NCBI RefSeq assembly: GCF_006345805.1
Contig: NC_043000.1
Location: forward strand, 73,470,001 to 73,534,000
DNA: 64,000 nt
Direction of reading: 5' to 3'
Origin: Octopus sinensis
Lineage: Eukaryota
Shown piece after piece: positions 36,530 to 48,800 of the stretch. Under the pieces are notes generated by a model. That model was given only the letters and a program-made list of their open reading frames with translations. It searched no databases and was not told the origin of the DNA. The number at the start of each line of letters is the position of its first letter. The stretch's first letter is position 1. A program made the position numbers and the translations under genes.

Positions 36530-39500
36530 CTACACACCCCCTAGGCAGAGGTAATGTTATACAATAATGAAAATAACAAAAATGTATACATCATAAAATG
36601 TCAAACAATAGGAACAATATCACAGTTCAAATGTAATAAATGTTTATTAAATTCTTGGGCCAATGCACATGTCTACCACTTTTGGTAGTCAGAGTTTGTG
36701 AAGTTGTGTGTAAAGGATGCATTTGTAATGCTGTGTGTGTGTGTTGTCTGTAGTGGGGTTCGAAATAGTTTTTTCAATGTGAGCCCTTTTTAGTCTATCA
36801 ACAGAAATAGTGTCTTTACTCCCGTTAATGTCTAAAGTGAAAACTTTATCTATACAAGAAAGCACATGAAAGGGTCCTGAATACGGTGCTGTTAAAGGAT
36901 TTTAACAGCATCGTTATGAACAAAAACATGAGTCCAAGAAGAATAGTCCTCAGGCAAATATGTTTTAATGTTTTGTTTTCTGGTATTCATATGTGGTAAC
37001 TTTAACATATAATCACGCAAGTATTCAACAAAATTTGTGGGTTTGCTGGAACAGCCATCTGACCAGGCAGCGTCAATGAAGAACCATAAAGTAATTCTGC
37101 TGAAGAATATCCAATATCTTCTTTGATAGAAGAGCAGAGACCCAAGAGAACAATAGGAAGAAATTCAATCCATCGAGATGAATCAGCAGAAGCACACAAC
37201 GCAGCTTTAAGCTTTCGATCTTACTGTTCGAAGCTGGGTGGTAACTAGTGGAATGGATGTGTTTACTTCCTAAAATCTTGGTTAGTTCCTGGAAAAGTTT
37301 AGCTTCAAATTGATGTCCGTGATCTATTGTTATTTTTACAGGTGTTCTGAAATGAGAAATCCATCCTGTGACTATAGCTTGTGCCACAGTTTGAGAAGAG
37401 ATATCTGTGAATGGAATAACTTCTAGCCAGCTGAAAAAACGATCAATACAAGTTAATGAAAACGTGTAGCCCTGACTCGCAGGCCAAGGTCCTACTATAT
37501 CAACATGTATGTACTGGAATCATGCATCTGGGGTGGAGAAAGTACCTAACAGTGCACGAATATGTTTATGTACCTTGGATCTTTGACAATCGACACAGGT
37601 ACGGGTCCAGTTAGCTATGTCTTGATGCCTGTTCAACCAAACAAAACGAGCTGAAATAAGCTTCAGTGTTGCTGTTATACCTGGATGTGAAATATTGTGT
37701 AGTCCTGAGAAAACGATATGGCGATGCTTTTCAGGAACTAAAGGGTGAAGTTTACCAGAAGAAAAATTGCAAAAGATATGTTTGTTTGATGTCGCAACAG
37801 GAAAAAATTGGAGGTCAAAAGGAACTAGTTCTGGTTGTTGTATATTATTCAAATCAATGGATGGTTGATCTTCTGGCATTTCATCCAAGTTAATTTCTGC
37901 AGTTGAAAATAACGTGTTAACAGGTAAACAGGATAAAGTATCAGCAGCAATGTTCTCAGAACCTGGAATATATCAGATATCACTCGTGAATTGTGAAATG
38001 TAATCCAAATGTCGAATGTCTCTTGGAGAAAATTTATCTGGCTTGCAGAATGATAACGGCTTATGGTCTGTAAATATTGCAAAGTTTCTCCCTTCCAAAA
38101 TGTGTTGGAAGTGTTTAACTGAGGGGTAAATAGCTAACAGTTCATGATTGAATGCACTATATTTAGTTTCAGCTGGTTTTAACTGCTTAGAGAAAAACAC
38201 TAGAGGTTGCCATTTGCCATGGTGGAGTTGTTGAATGACTGCACTGACACCAATTTCAGACGCGTCAACTACAAGAGAAATTTTTGTATCAGGAATGGGG
38301 TGAGCTAACATGGAGACACAAGAGTTTCTGTTTAACATCAAAGTGATCTTTTCTGTTCTCTTCTTGCAGTTTTGCAGTAATTTGTTGAGAAGGTATAATG
38401 TTTCAGCACAATAAGGTATAAAACATCAATAGAAATTAGTTAATCCAAGAAATTGTCTGAGCTGTTTTAATGAAACAGGAACTGGAATTTTTATGATAGA
38501 TTCAACTTTTTCTGGAAAAGGCCTAATTCCATCCTTATCAATAGTGTGTCCAAGGAAAGTGAAAGAAAGCACACCCAAAATACTTTTGGTAGCATTGATA
38601 TGAATTTTGTATTGAGAAAGCCTTTCGAAAAGTTGCTTCAAATAAATGTCATGTTCTTTCTTGGAAGAACTAGTGATGAGAAGATTGTCAATATAGGCAT
38701 AGACGAAATCTAATCCATGTATTACATCATCAATGAAACGTTGAAAAGTACTAGTGATGTTCCTTAACCCAAAGAGCATGGTAAGAAATTCAAATTACCT
38801 GAATGGATTTGTAAGAGTCATTTTTGGAATATCATTTGGGTTTATTAGAATCTGATGGTATGCTTGTATCAAATCTATTTTTGAGAAAATAATGCAATCA
38901 TGCAGAGAAGATGCAAAATCTTGAATATGTGGTATAGGATACCTATCTGGAATGGTAATAGTGTTGTGTCATCTATAGTCACCAGTAGGTCTACAATCAC
39001 CAGATTTCTTTTTCACTAAATGGAGTGGTGATGACCAGTTACTCTTTGAAGGATGAATTATTCCAAGCTGGAGCATGTGGCTAAACTCTGCTTTAGCAGC
39101 TTTGAGATTTTCAGTTGGTAAACGTCTAGGACACAAGAAAACAGGAGATCCATTGGTGGTTATATGATGAGTATGTGTTGAAGCATTGACATTGAAAATT
39201 AAATTTGTTAATTCAGGAAAGGATTGAAGCAAGGCTTGATATTTGTCTGGTTGATCTGCAATAAAATATAATGGGCTAACAGAAGTAGGACTGAAATATC
39301 TTCCTAAAGCATATAACTGTGTACTGCTATCGATAAGTCTCTTTCTTTTCACTAATAGTGAAAAATGGTGGAGAAAATCAGCTCCTAAAATTGGGTGAGG
39401 AAGGTAAGCAATGATGAAAACCCACTACTGGAAATTTCATTTAAGATTCAGATCCAGTGTGAGTGAAATCTCACTAAAAGTTTTAATGGGAGTGCTGTTG

Positions 39501-40485
39501 ACTGCTTGAAGAGATATGTCAGAAGCAAAAAGTTTTTCTTTGACAAATTTAGACAGCCATAAACTGCAGGATGCTCTGGAATCCACTAGAAATTCCTTCT
39601 TAGACTCGAAATCTAGTATGTAAAATGCGTGACTAGGAGAAAATGTGCCAGGAACTGCAGTCATGCTCGGAGTTCGGCTTTTTAGTTTTCCTGAATTTTA
39701 AATGTTGAAAGTGAAATACATTTCTTAGCTGCAGAACCAATCTTATAATGATACCAGCAAAAAGGTTTTGATCTGCTGGGAGAACGGGAATTAGAACGAC
39801 GATGGTAACGAATTGAAGAACTTCAGTTGATTCATAAGAGATGAACTTCTGCAACTAGCTTATCTATAATCCTCTAAGTAGATTCACGAAATTCTTTGAA
39901 TTCAGAGGAAACTGTAGCAACTGGCAATGAAAGTTGTTCTGTTCTGGAGTGGATTTTGTTTACTCCAAAATGTTATCTGCCGATGCTGCAAGCTAGTCAA
40001 CTGTGCCAATATTGGTCAAATGGGCGAGCATATCTTGAACATACTGTGGTAATCTGGAGAAAAATAATTGTTTAAGCAACTTACTTTCAGCGGGGTTGTT
40101 CACTGTGAGCTGCCACATTTTTCTGAGCATTTGCGATGGTGTTCTGTCTCCTAAATGCATGTCGTTGAGAAATTTTCAAAACTTTTCGGAAAAGAGCAAG
40201 GTTCATCTTAAAACTTCATTTTTAATTGATGAATGCATTGCATCTGCCGGTGGAGCTGAAATAATATCTCACAATTCTCTAGTTAATGGTATAGAGCTAA
40301 GTAAAATGTAGAGCTGCTGTTGGTCTGAATTGTGTTTGTTTGCTGGCAAACCAGACAGCGATATCTCCTGTGAAAATTGGTAATACTGGATGATTCATAA
40401 CAGACATCGTCGTATGAGTTGAAGAAAATTGTGACATGGAAAGTATTTGAATATAATTAAATATGTAGAATAGGTTAGCAACCAT
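36530..40485 (-). mobile_element. Gypsy LTR retrotransposon internal region (CsRN1-like), gag-PR-RT-RH-IN, frameshifted
   Basis: gag LPIFTGDIAVWF; protease FLVDSRASCS; RT SKSNWSSPLHLVKKKSGDCRPTGDYR and FVYAYIDNLLI; RNase H VVDASEIGV...FTDHKPL; integrase HHCC (LHNISHPG...CVDCQ) and ITIDHGHQFE. Possible polypurine tract and LTR start (AGGGGGTG|TGTAG) at ~36534. The 5' end is lost at the RTE junction. Confidence 0.92.
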
Positions 40486-42968
40486 TATCTCAGCCTATAC
40501 CCCTCAGCCAGGGCTACCCGGTGGACAGATAGACCGATTCTATGACAACCTCTTACAGACTACTGCGTTGACGAATGACAGGGTCCTCTTTATTGCTGGT
40601 GACTTCAATGGACATGTTGGACAACATGCCGGTTTTGGCCCTCGCAATGAGGAGGGAACCAGGCTGCTGGAGTTCTGTGATGCAAATGATCTTATGGTTT
40701 GCAATACTAACTTTAGAAAACCTGCCAGTCACCTACTGTTCTGGCAGACACACAAGTCAAATTGATTACATCCTCACCAGAAGAAGGGAAAGATGGTTGC
40801 TTATAAATGCCAACACCTTCCCAGGCGAAGAATGTACCCCACAACATAGACTAGTAGTTAGTGACTTCAGGATCAGGGCTAAATGGATGCCCAGAAGACA
40901 ACTAGCATGGTGGAGAAGAGTCAGGAAGCTTAAAGATCCTGCAAATGGACAGAGATTTAGAGACATATTACTTGAAGCCTTTGACGAAATAGAAGGGGAT
41001 ATAGCTTCACATGATGTAGAAGACAACTGGAGGTGTCTACGGGACATCCTGCTGAGGGCCACTGACAAGATCCGTGGATGCTGCAAAGTTCACTCTCGAC
41101 CCAAAATCACGTGGTGATGGAACAATGTTGTTGACAGGGCTATTAGAGAAAAGAAACAGGCTTGGAAGGACTGGAAGAACGGTGGTAGCAGGGAATTGTA
41201 TTAGACTGCCAGAAAGGAAGCTTGGAGACAGGGTAATAGCCAGAGGGGAAGCAGATAAGAAAAAAATTTGCCAATGTTCTGCACCGTGAGGACCAAATCT
41301 TGAGGTATTTCATGTTGCAAGATAGTGTGTGAGAGAGAATCATGATGTGGTAGGAGAGAAATGTGTCCGCATGGATGATGGTTCACTTGCACTAAATGAG
41401 GCTGCAAAGAAAGGTGTTTGGAGAGGCCACTATGAAAGGCTGCTGAATAAAGAAAATGAATGGGATAAAGAGAGTCTGCCGAATGTCGACCCAACAGATG
41501 GAACAGCTATCTAAGTTGACAGTTCCTTGGTAGATAAAGCAATTAGAAGTATGAAGACAGGGAAAGCCCCTGGCCAATCAGGAATCACTGCAGAGATGCT
41601 CAAAATATGACTGGTGTCACAGCACTATAGTCAACTGCTACAAGGGAAAAGGTGACGCTTTAGATACAAATAATTACAGAGGTATCAAGTTGTTAGATCA
41701 GATAATGAAGGTCACGGAGAGGGTTATAGCCAAACTAATAGGGAGAGAGTCAGTTTAGATGAGATCTAAACTGAGATGCAGGGAAAAGCACCACTGATGC
41801 TATATTTCTGGTAAGATAGCTGCAGGAGAAATACCTAGCCAAAGATAAACCTCTGTACCTAGCTTTCGTTGACATGGAGAAAGCCTTTGGCAGACACACA
41901 AGTCAAATTGATTACATCCTCACCAGAAGAAGGGAAAGATGGTTGCTTATAAATGCCAACACCTTCCCTTATCTGGTGGTCAATGAGGAAACTAGAGATA
42001 GATGAATGGTTAGTGAGAGCTGTGCAAGCCATGTACAGTAAGGTGAGGGTTGGCAACGAGTACAGTGAAGAATTCCAGGTGGAGGTAGGGGTCCACCAAG
42101 GTTCAAACCTTAGCCCCCTTCTATTTATCATAGTCCTCCAGGCAATAACAGAGGAATTCAAGACAAGATGCTCCTCTATGCTGACGACCTTGCTCTAATT
42201 GCTGAGTCACTATCAGAACTAGAGGAGAAGTTTCAGGTGTGGAAACAAGGATTAGAATCGAAGAGCCTTAGAGTTAACCTAGCTAAAACCAAAGTTCTAA
42301 TAAGTAGGAAGGAAAGCAAACCACAAATCCCTTCAGGTAGATGGCCCTGCTCAATCTGTAGTAAAGGCATAGGTAGAAACTCTATAAGATGTACCCAGTG
42401 TAAGCTATGGACACATAAGAGGTGTAGCAGTATCAAAGAAAGGCTAACTGGGAAGATAGTTTTTGTATTGGCAGATGCACAGGAGCAATAAACACTGAAA
42501 ATATGCAGAGAATAACTTCTGCCACATTCCAGAGAGAAAAACTAGAAGTAGTGGATAGCTTCCGTTACCTAGGTGACCAAGTCAGTAGCTGGGGAGGGTG
42601 TGCTGAAAGTGTAGCTGCTAGAATAAGAATAGCCCGGGCAAATTTCAGAGAGCTCTTATCTCTGCTGGTGACAAAGGTCCTCTTGCTCAGAGTAAAAGGT
42701 AGACTGTATGACACATGAGTTCGAACAGCCATGCTACATGGCAGTGAAAAATGGGTCGTGACTGCTGAGGACATGCATAAGCTCACAAGGAATGAAGCCA
42801 GTATGATCCGATGGATGTGTAATGTCAGTGTGCATACTCGACAGAGTGTAAGTACCTTGAGAGAAAAGTTGGACCTAAGAAGCATCAGATGTGGTGTGCA
42901 AGAGAGACTGCTGGTATGATCATGTGGTGAGAATGGATGAGGATAGCCGTGTGAAAAAGTGCCACACT
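40478..42968 (+). mobile_element. RTE LINE (endonuclease to RT), truncated at both ends
   Basis: TIISAY.PQ, IAGDFNGHVG, SQIDYIL...QHRLVVSDF (endonuclease); LLYADDLALIAES (RT); WPCSICSKG..IRCTQCKLWTHKRC zinc finger. Switches abruptly to PLE sequence at ~42969. Confidence 0.93.
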
Positions 42969-44571
42969 AAATCGGTTGAATTCATCCTACAAAATAACCA
43001 CTTCATGTTTGACAATACATTTTACCATAAAAAATCCGGAATTGCTATGTGTACAAGGGCAGCAGCAGTCATTGCGAACCCAGCAATGGGCTACCAGGAG
43101 GTAATAATATATCAGGAATCTTTATCGACCTTTGGAAACCCCCTTTCCCCATACATAAAAGAGAATTGGAAAAGATTCCTAGACGATTGTTTTATACTCT
43201 GGAATGAAAACGCTGATAGACTCCTAAAATTCAAAAACCTGTTGAACAGTGTCAACCCAAACACAATTCACAATGGAGTACAACCAAAAGGAGCTTCCAT
43301 TCTTAGATATACTAATTAAAAAAATTAACCTCAAAATAGAGACTGACATATTTTACAAAACCAAAGATGCCAAACAATACCTACTTTTCAATTCATGCCA
43401 CCCAAGACACACTAAAACAAACACCCGCTTCAACCTAGCAAGGGGGATATGCACAATAGTGTCAGAACAAAATACCAGAAACTTTAGACTACAAGAACTC
43501 AAAAACATCCTAATTGGCAGACACTACCCCGTTCAACTCATAGAGGATGGAATCAGACGTGCAACAGAAATCGACATAGAAACTTTAAGAAAAGCTCAAC
43601 ACAGCAACACACCTTCCCCAAAAATACTGCCTTACATATCCACATACAACCCCAGAAACAAAGAAGCCTTCGCCATCATCACCCAGAATTTACCAATGCT
43701 TCATAAGGACCCCAAATTAAAGGAAATTCTAAACATACATAAAATCATAAAAGCTACAAACAACCTAAATTACTAAAAAAAGATCCTCACAAAGGCAAAA
43801 TTGTTTTCTGAAATAACGGATGCAAAAGTAAAAAAATGTGGTAGACCAAACTGCGCAACATGCCCAAACCTTCTAGAAGGATCAGAATTCCTCTTCAAAG
43901 AGGGACAAAATTCAAGATCAAATCTAATTTTACTTCTGCTTCAGAAAACCTAATTTATGTCATAAGATGCTCGGGCTGCCACCAAAACTACATAGCGTCC
44001 ATGGGATTATTGCTCAGATGCAGATGCACTCTGCATCGACAACAGATTGCATTCCCAGAATACAGAATGATATCCTTTAGTGAACATATTGAGAAATGCA
44101 CAAAGCAACTACTACCACAATTTTTAATTTTTCCATTCTATCAATGTGCTATTGGAACACCAACACAAATTAGATTAAAGAAAGAAACATTCTTCATTGA
44201 AAAATATAAACCAAAACTTAACCATTTCTAACATTTATAAACAAGGAAACTCATATCATTGAAAAAATACAAAGCGATTATCTCCCTTATACCGGAAAAA
44301 ATCCCTGTTTACCTTCCCCTGCCTGGAACGCCATACTTCACTTCATAGCGAAGACATGACACGATGTAGATAAAGAAATTTCAGAAATTTGAAAAGAAAA
44401 TATGAAACTGGTTATTTCTCCAAAAACTATGTTACTATACACAAAATTATATAACATTTTTTTAACGTAACGACTTAAATTTATTCTTTAACCTTATAAC
44501 ACAAGCCTTCTGTAGTATTTTCACTCTTTTATACATCCAATCATGTGCTTTCACATACCCACTCTCTTACC

Positions 44572-44620
<49 letters not shown>

Positions 44621-45470
44621 GTCGGGTTCGTTTGAATTTTCGATTTTTCGAATTCTCACTTCGTTCCGTTCCCTCCTCTTTGTCCGTTTTTACAGTTTAC
44701 TACAATGATGCGAAACTCTCTCCCTTTGCTTTAACTTCCCCTCTCTCTCTCTTGCTCTCTCTACCTCACCCTTCTCTCTAGCCTGTGTCTTCCTCTATCT
44801 GTCTCTCTCTCTCTCTCCTACTCCTCCTCACTTTCGTCACTGCTAAACCTTTCCGCCATTTGCATTCAGGCCATAAGGTCATGTTTCCTCGCGCTCGCCA
44901 GTTACCCTCTCGTCCATGCCAGAACAAAGGCCTCCGTTCGTCTTTTTCGTTTGTTCTCTTGTTTATTTTTGATTTCTCGTATTGTAATTTAATTCTCGTT
45001 ATGTATTTTCATGTACATGTATCTTTAATTTTGTATTTTTTGTGCAGTTCCTTGTTACGTCCCTTTTTGTGTTACATTTTTTCTTGCTCGTTTACCCCTC
45101 TACGAGTTTATTTTATTTTAATTCTCTCGTAGGAAGGCCTAGCTTGACCTTACGTGTTCTGTCTCTGCCTTCGAAACACGTGTCTGCTAGCGACAGCTGA
45201 TGAAGGGGATTTTCCTTGTGTAGCATGTCCTGTACTTCGTTTTTCTGCTGCACATAATTGTTTTTCCCGTTTTCGCTTTCGTTTCGTCTTGTTCCACGTC
45301 TCTGTCCTTCTGTTGTAACAAAATGTCTTCTCCGTTTTCGTTCTGTTGATTTTTTTCGTCTTCTTGTGATGTTCTGTACGTATATATATATTTATATATG
45401 CATGTATATATACATGTAGATGTCGGTACGTACATATATGTTTGTATGTATGCATATATTTTATTTATTA
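42969..45470 (+). mobile_element. Penelope-like element (Neptune-like): RT, Cys linker, GIY-YIG and 3' region
   Basis: EFILQNNHFMFDNTFY..GIAM..WKRFLDDCFILW; ELPFLDILI..FYKTKDAKQYLLFNSCHP; KKCGRPNCATC linker; NLIYVIRCSGCHQNYI...FSEHIEKC...FIEKYKPKLN. Hammerhead-like motif at 45168-45208. Confidence 0.88.
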
Positions 45471-45650
45471 CACTATATATATATATATATATATATAAAT
45501 GAGTGTATTTTTACCTTGTTAACAATTAACACGGAAAAAATATTCATATATATATATATATAGTTAATCCAAACATGAAAACACAACAACGCGAGGACGT
45601 GGAACAAATATAGTATTATTGGACGTTCAGGAAGGAAGGGAAGAAGGAGG

Positions 45651-45685
45651 GTTTAACGTTTCGAGCGTAGCTCTTCGTCGGAAAC
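45651..45685 (-). ncRNA. Minimal type I hammerhead motif (CCGACGA core variant)
   Basis: Minus strand: GTTT-CCGACGA-A-GAGC-TAC-GCTC-GAAAC-GTT-AAAC. Confidence 0.65.
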
Positions 45686-45808
45686 ATAGGAGAAGGAAAG
45701 ATCCAGAGGAAAAAAATCGCCAACGGTACACACGCGGTCACATTTTGAATGACATATACATATATATATATACATCTACATATATATATATGCATATATA
45801 TATATATA

Positions 45809-45855
<47 letters not shown>

Positions 45856-45866
45856 ATATATATGTA

Positions 45867-48800
45867 TCCTTAAATCCTTAAAAATGTTTTAGCCCGAAGG
45901 CCGCGGCCATGCTGGTGCACCACCGCTGAACGAGCTACACTAATATGTGAATCCACCTCTGATACATGGCACTTGGTCAATAAGGGAGTTCGATGCCGCT
46001 GCCCGCATCTGTGTCTCCTGTCGTGAGGTAGGTTCATCTGGGACCCCCGATAAGAAACCCACATCCACACCATGCAAGTCTCTCAGGCATTTAGGGAGGA
46101 TGTTAAAGAGCTGTGGTCCTCTGAAACCCAACCTGTTGCAGTATCTGGACCTGTATTTTGATGGTGATGTTGGAATCTTTGGCACCATGCAGTGGCGCCC
46201 CGTTCTGCGGTTGGGGTAACTTTGAATGCCAAAGTTTGGGACAAGACCCTCCAGGATTTTCCAGATGTATATCACCCCATATCTCTCCCGCCTTCACTCT
46301 AGGGAGAAGAGGTTTAATACTTTCAGTCTTTCCCAGTAGCTGATATTTTGCATTGAGACGATCTTCTTTGTGTAGCTTCTCTGAATTGCTTCGAGTTCTG
46401 CTGTTAGTTTTATATTGTGTGGTGACCATAGTTGAGAGCAGTAGTCCAAGCGACTGAGGACGAAAGTTTTCCAGAGGACCATCAGTGTCTCCTCTCTTGT
46501 TCTGAAAGTTCGGGGAATCCATCCAGCTAGCCGTCTGCATTTTATCACCAGATTAGTAATATGCACTTGGAAAGATACATCATTGCTCATGTCAATGCCC
46601 AGGTCACGCACTGATTTTGACTCAGGGATTGCAATTCTTCCTGGGCCAGTGTATCCAGTCTGCATGTCGTTTACCTTTGTGTGCCGGTAGCGCAAGGCCT
46701 GGAACTTACCTGCATTAAACTGCATGTTTTTGTCCTCAGCCAACCTGTATATTGTATCCAACTCCTGTTGCAGATGTGCAATATTTCCAGGGTTTTGTAT
46801 TGTGTGGGAGACTTTTGTGTCATCTGCATAGCTAGCAAGGGTGGCCATCTTAGCAACTAAGGGCATGTCTGAAAGGGCCACTATGAACAGCAGTGGCCCC
46901 AATACAGTGACCTGTGGAACACCGCTTGTTATTTGTGTTTCCTTGGAGGTGGCTCCATTGGTCAGAGCTGCCTGTCTTCTATCTTTTAGGAAGTTGCGGA
47001 GCCACTCTCCAAGTTTTCCGCCTATGCCGAGACCACGCAGTTTGTGACAAATGGTCGACTTCATCAAAGGCTTTTGCAAAGTCGAGATATATCACATCCA
47101 TATTTGAGCCATTTAGTAGCTGTTTTAACACCCAGTCATAGTGTTGCAGAAGCTGTGTTAGACAGCTTCTACCTGGTCGAAATCCATGCTGGGTGTCAGT
47201 CAGCAAGTCATTTTCTTCAAGGAACATGATTAGTTTCTTGCGGACTATTCGTTCCATGACTTTGCTGATGTGTGAGGTCAGAGAGATGGCCTATAATTTT
47301 TAGCATCTGCTCTGTTACCTCCCTTATGGATAGGGCATATTACCCCCTCTTTCAATTTGACTGGGAGCTTACCACTTGCAAGAAAGCTCTGAAAAAGAAG
47401 CTGTAGCGGTTTTGCAAGGGCTTGTTTGCACGATTTGAGAAGGATCGCTGGAAATCCATCAGGTCCAGCAGCTGAGTTTGTGTCAATCTCATCTATGGCC
47501 AGTGTGATATCATCATCTTCAATGTTGATGTACTCAATTTTGGCATCTTTGGCCGCTGGTAAAGTGGCAAAGAATTCTTCTGGTTTGTTTACTTGCCTGT
47601 GTCCTAGAGGTGTAGTGAACACACTTTGGAACTGTTTGTTCAGTATTTCACTTATCCTCGTGGGATTTCCTGTGAGACAGCCATTTTTTTGGAAGAGAGG
47701 TCCTATTCTCTGGTGCACTGTGGCTGTCTCTTTGGCAAACGTAAAGAAAGCTTTAGGGTTTGACTTTATATTTTCTATTACCCAAGCTTCTTTATCTGCT
47801 CTCTCTTTTTCATGAGACTGATGCACTTTTCTCAATTTCCATTAGCATTCTCTCGAGCCGAGACTTCTCACCACTTTTGGTGTGCTTGCTCAGGCGGTTC
47901 GCAATCCTTGTCCGTCTTCTCATAAGAACCTTCCTTTCTCTAGGGATCCTGTTTTTGTTTTTGTGTGTGCTGGCCCTGCACACTGGGACATATTTTTCAC
48001 ATATGGCTTGTATTATGGACATGAAGTGTTTGTGTTTCATGTTAATGTCCGGTGTGGAGAGACATTTAGGCCAATCCTGTTTGAGGATCTCTTTCTCGAT
48101 CAACTTCCAATTTGCTTTATGAAAGTTTAAGTTGGAGAGATTGTGGATGCTTCGTATAGGCTGTGTGTCTGCGGGGGCTTTTGGTCCATGCATAGACAGC
48201 TCTATTATGTTGCGATCCGAGATTGTTATCGGCATCACTTAAACATTATGGATAATATCCATATCGTTTGTGAAGCAGAGATCCAATATATTATCTGCCC
48301 TCGTTGATTGCAGCACTATTTGCTCCATGAAAGAGGCATTTGTGAGATGGAGCAGAGACTCCACCTGTGCCTGCTGATGGTGTGTCATCCCTGGGAGCAT
48401 CTGCCCCCCAGGCCATTCCACATTGGGGAAGTTAAAGATACCCATGAAGAATACACCGTTGTGTTGTTCCAGGTTGGTGAGAACTTCTATTTTTGTTAGG
48501 CAATCATCACACATGCCTGAGTGATTTGGGGAATCTGGTGGGCGATATGTAGTACATATGACGATATTCAGTTGTCTTATGTGTACAATTTGAGTGTCAC
48601 ACACTGAGTTTGAATATGACAGCAAGACCCGGGGCGTGAGGTCATCTCGGATGTACATTGCAACTCCACCATGAATCCTCCCTTTTCTGTCTGAGCGTAT
48701 GACTGCATATTGCGGTATGTGTATTTCTGCATCCCCTATATCGGGTCCAAGATGCGTTTCTGTGAGTGCCATGCATATAGCTTGATTGCATGCCACAAGG

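Noticed and set aside
36100-36534. 3' LTR of the Gypsy element
   Set aside because: A plausible polypurine tract and TG start exist, but there is no second LTR in the window to define it.
42969-44231. Selenocysteine-recoding (Naiad-type) Penelope element
   Set aside because: The endonuclease is C-terminal, the interruptions are frameshifts rather than in-frame TGA at cysteine positions, and no SECIS was recognised.
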